Origin: the human T2T-CHM13v2.0 reference genome, Homo sapiens | NCBI RefSeq assembly: GCF_009914755.1 | Contig: NC_060940.1 | Length of the DNA: 64,000 bases | Strand: one strand, 5' to 3' | Shown here: positions 59,801 to 64,000 of the stretch, one piece after another | Layout of the letters: each line of letters starts with the position of its first letter | Position numbering within the stretch: the first letter of the stretch is position 1 | Program-made: the position numbers and the translations under genes | The notes under the pieces: model-generated | Told to the model about the DNA's origin: nothing | Database searches by the model: none | What the model saw: only the letters and a program-made list of their open reading frames with translations

Positions 59801-62800
59801 TTCGTTAATGATTTCGATCAATTCCATTCGATGATTCCATTCGATTCCATTCGATAATGATTACATCCGAGTCCATTCGATGATTCCATTTGAGCCTGTT
59901 CGATAATTCCATTTGAGTCCAACCAATGATTCCATTCATTTCCATTCAATGATTCCATTCGAGTACATTTGATCATTCCGGTAGGGTCCATTCGATGTTG
60001 ATTCCATTGGAGTGCATTCGATGATTCCATTCGAGTCCATTTTAGGATTTGATTCGAGTCCTTTCGATGATTCCATTCGATTCCACTCGATGATGATTTC
60101 ATTCGAGTCCATTCGACACTTCCAATCGATTCCATTTGATGATTCCATTCGAGTCCTATTGATGATTCCATTCAATTCCATTCGATGATGATTCCGTACG
60201 ATTCCATTCTGTGATGATTCCATGTGATTGCATTCAATGATGATTCCTTTCGATTGCATTCGATTATGATTCATTTCGTGTTCATTCTATGGTTCCACAG
60301 GTTTCCATTCGTGTCCATTCCATTATTCCATTCTATTCCATTTGATGATGATTCCATTCGATTCCATTCATTGGTGATTCCACTCAATTCCATTCAATGA
60401 TTCCATTCCATTTCTTTCAACAATGATTCCATTAGTTTCTAATCGATGATCCACTTGATTCCATTTGACGACGATTCCATTCTTGTCCATTCGATGATTC
60501 CATTTGATTCCATATGATGATGATTCCATTCGATTCCATACCATGATGATTCCATTCGAGTCCATTCAATGGTGATTCCATTCAATTCCATTCGATGATT
60601 CCTTTCGATTCCATTCGATGATGATGGCATTCGATTCCTTTCAATCATTCCCTTTGATTCCATTCAAAGGTGATTTCATTCAAGTCCATTCGATAATTGC
60701 ATTCGATTCCATTCTATGATGATTCCATTCGAGTCCATTTGATGATTCCATTCAATTCAAGTCAATGATGATTCCATTCGATTCCATTCGATGATTCCAT
60801 TGGATTCCATTCGATGATGATTCCATTCAAATCCATTCGATAATTCAATTCAAGTCCATTCGATGATGATTCCAATCGAATCCATTCAAAGATTCCATTC
60901 AGTTCCATTCGATGATTCCCTTGGATTCCATTCGATGATTCCACTTGATTGCATTTACGATGATTCCATTCGATTCCATGTGATGATTCCATTCAATTCT
61001 ATTCAATGATGTCTCCATTTGATTCCATTCGACCATGATTGCCTTTGATTCCATTCAATGATTCCATTCGGTTCCGTTTGATGATGATTCCGTTCGATTC
61101 CATTTGATGATTCCATTTGATTCCATTGGATGAGTCCATTCGATTACATTCGATGATTATTCCATTCGAGTGCATTAGATGATTCCATTCGAGTCCATTC
61201 GATGATTCCATTCGATTCCATTCGATGTTGATTCTGTTCAAATCCATTCGATGATTCCACTCGATTCCATTCGTTGACTCCATTTGATCCCATTCGATGA
61301 TTTCCTTTGATTCCCTTTGATGATCATTCCATTTGATTCAATTCGGTGATTTCATTTGATTCCATTCAGTGATGTTTCCATTCGACTCCATTCGATGATG
61401 ATTCCATTCGACTCCATTCGATTATGATTTCATTCAATTCCATTCGATAATGATTCCCTTCGAGTCCATTCGATGATTCCATTCGATTCCATTCAACGAT
61501 GATTTGATTCGTGTCCATTCGATGATTCCATTTGATTCCACTTGATGATGATTCCATTCGAGTCCATTTGATGATTCCATTCAATTCCATACTCCGATGA
61601 TTTCTTTTGAGCCCACTTAATGCTTCCACTCGATTCCATATGATGATGACTCCATTCGATGAAATTCGATGATGATTCCATTCGCTTGCTTTCGATGATG
61701 ATTCCACTTGAGTCCGTTAGAAGATTCTATTCAATTACATTCCAGGACGATTCCGTTCGAGTCCATTTGATGATTCCATTAGACTCCATTCGACGATGAT
61801 TCCATTCGATGTTATTCCATGATTCCATTCGATCTCATTCGATGATGATTCCATTCAACTCCATTCGATGTTTCCATTCGAGTTCATTCTATTATTCCAT
61901 TAGATTCCATTCGATGATGATTCCATTCGATTCCATTTGATGATTGCATTCTATTTCATTTGATGATGATTCCATTCGAGTCCACTCGATGATTCCATTC
62001 GAGTCCATTTAATGAATCCATTGGTTTCAATTCTATGATGATTACATTGGATTCCATTCGTTGATGATTTCATTCAGTTCCATTCAATGATGATTCCATT
62101 CAATTCCTTTCAATGTTTCCATTCAATTCCATACGATGATGATTCCATTTGATTTGATTCGACAGTGAGCCATTCGATTCAATTTCATGATGATTCTATT
62201 TATTCAATTGGTTGACATTTCCATTCGATTCCATTCGATGATGATTCCCTTTGATTCCATTCAAAGATGATTCCATTCTAGCCCATTCAATCATTCCATT
62301 CGATTCTATTCAATGATGATTCCATTCATGTCGATTTGGTGATTCCATTTGACTTCATTTGATGATGATTCCTTTCAAGTTCATTAGATGATTTCATTCG
62401 ATTCCATTTGATGATGATCCCATTCGAGTCCATTCAGTGATTCCATTCGTTTCCATTCCATGATGATTCCATTCCTTTCCATTCAATGATTCCATTCGAT
62501 TCCGTTTGATGATGATTTCATTCGAGTCCATTTGATGATTCCATTTGATTCCATTCGATGATGATTCCATTCGAGTCCATTCGATGATTCTATTCGAATC
62601 CATTTGATGATTTCTTTTGATTATATTTGGTGATGATTCCATTGGAGTCCATTCAATGATTCCATTCGATTCCAATCGATGATGATTCCATTAGAGTCCA
62701 TTTAATGATTCCATTTGATTCCAGTCTCTGATGATTACATTCGAGTCCATACGATGATTCCACTCAATTCCATATGATGATGATTCCATTTGATTCCATT

Positions 62801-62919
62801 CGGTGATTCCATTCTATTCTATTCAATGGTGATTCCAATCGAGTACATTAGATGATTCCATTCGATTCCATTCAATGATGATTCTATTTGTGTCCCTTAG
62901 ATGATTCCACATGATTCCA
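56858..62919. repeat. Higher-order unit U11, 6062 bp, near-identical to U10
   Basis: Anchor spacing 6062. Shares rare variants with U10 (CCGCTGG, CCAGGACG, CATTCAGTTCC). Confidence 0.9.
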
Positions 62920-64000
62920 TTAGATGATGATACTATTTGAGCCCATCCAATGATTCCCTTCGATTCCATTCGATGAGGATTCCATTCGATTCAATTCATT
63001 GGTGATTCTATTCAATTCAATTCTTTGATTCCATTCCATTCCATTAGACAATGATTCCATTCCATTTCTTTCGATGATTCCACTCGATTCCACTTGACAT
63101 TGATTCCATTCGATTCCATTCAATGATTCCATTTGATTCCAGTGGATGATGATTGCCATCGATTCCATTCGATCACTCCATTCTATTCCATTTGATGATG
63201 ATTACATTCGATTCCATTTGATGATTCCATCTGATTCTATTCGAGGATTCCATTTGATTCCATTCGATGATGATTCCATTCGAGTCCATTCGATGATTTC
63301 ATTCGAGTACATCCAATGATTCCATTCGAGTCCATTTGATGATTCCATTTGATTCCATTTGTTTATGATTCTACTAGAGTCCATTCAATGACTCCATTCG
63401 AATCCATTCAACAATTCCATTCGACTCCATTCGATGATTCCATTCGATTCCATTTGATGGTTCCATTCGAGTCCATTTAATCATTACAGTCGAGTCCATT
63501 TGGTGATTCCACTGGATTTCTTTTGATAATGATACCATTCAATTACATTTGATGATGATCCCATTAAATTTCATTTGATGATGATTCCATTAGAGTCCAT
63601 TCGATGATTTCATTCGAGTCCCTTCATTGATTCCATCCGATTTCATTGGATGATGACTCCATTCGAGTCCATTCGATGATTCCACTCGATTCCATTAGAT
63701 GATTCCATTGGAGTCCATTTGATTGTTCCATTCGATTCCATTCGATTCCTTTCGAAGATTATTCCATTTGAGTCCATTCGATGATGATTCCATTCCATTC
63801 CATTCGATGATTCCGTTTGATTCCATTCGATGATTCCCTTTGATTCCTTTCTGTGATGATTCCATTCCATTCCATTCAATGATTCCATTCGAATCTATTC
63901 CATGATGATTCCTTTCGATTCCATTCGCTGATGTTTCCGTTCAATTCCATTCGATGATGATTCCATTCGATCCCATTCATTGAGGATTCCATTTGATTCC
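62920..64000. repeat. Partial unit U12 (cut by the window end)
   Basis: Anchor at 62920; collinear with U1 439-1519. Confidence 0.9.

Larger units (their letters stand above)
1..64000. repeat. Human satellite 2 (HSat2/HSATII) array, probably HSat2B-type pericentromeric heterochromatin; CATTC strand on +
   Basis: Continuous (CATTC)n-derived sequence with the HSat2-diagnostic motifs CATTCGATTC, GAGTCCATTC and GATGATGATTCC in 23/26-bp monomers, with no unique sequence anywhere. The ~6.1-kb period fits HSat2B/chr16 from prior knowledge; the chromosome assignment is an inference. Confidence 0.96.

Noticed and set aside
439-63888. Many 60-132 aa minus-strand ORFs (MESSNGIEWNH-like peptides)
   Set aside because: They are direct translations of (GGAAT/CATCGAAT)n, a strand poor in stop codons and rich in ATG. 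They overlap in several frames, are low complexity, and open or close with random substitutions between units.
1-64000. CRISPR-like repeat/spacer array or other prokaryotic system
   Set aside because: There are no unique spacers, leader or cas-like genes; all intervening sequence derives from the same pentamer.
1-64000. Inversions, Alu/L1 insertions, alpha satellite or telomeric repeats
   Set aside because: The CATTC strand stays on + throughout and I saw no non-HSat2 segment.

Overview
The whole 64 kb window is one uninterrupted, single-orientation array of human-type satellite 2 (HSat2/HSATII). It is built from diverged CATTC pentamers arranged as 23-bp (GATGATTCCATTCGATTCCATTC) and 26-bp (extra GAT) monomers. 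I found no genes, RNA genes, transposon insertions or CRISPR arrays; the listed ORFs are translation artefacts of the GGAAT strand. A ~6.1-kb higher-order unit repeats 11 times plus two partial copies. Unit lengths, measured between recurring anchor positions, are 6122, 6122, 6112, 6122, 3461, 6112, 6541, 4883, 4882, 6062 and 6062 bp. A ~6.1-kb period matches the HSat2B subfamily of human 16q11.2 pericentromeric heterochromatin (from prior knowledge, not verified by alignment). I did not find a new gene system. What is notable is the array's rearrangement record: every length difference maps to a specific junction (10-, 49-, 1180- and 2661-bp deletions, a 429-bp out-of-order insertion and a 1-bp indel). 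There is also an apparently recent 4883-bp tandem duplication, mosaic unit haplotypes with a partial 12,234-bp period, and DUX4-consensus motifs whose number differs between unit types.
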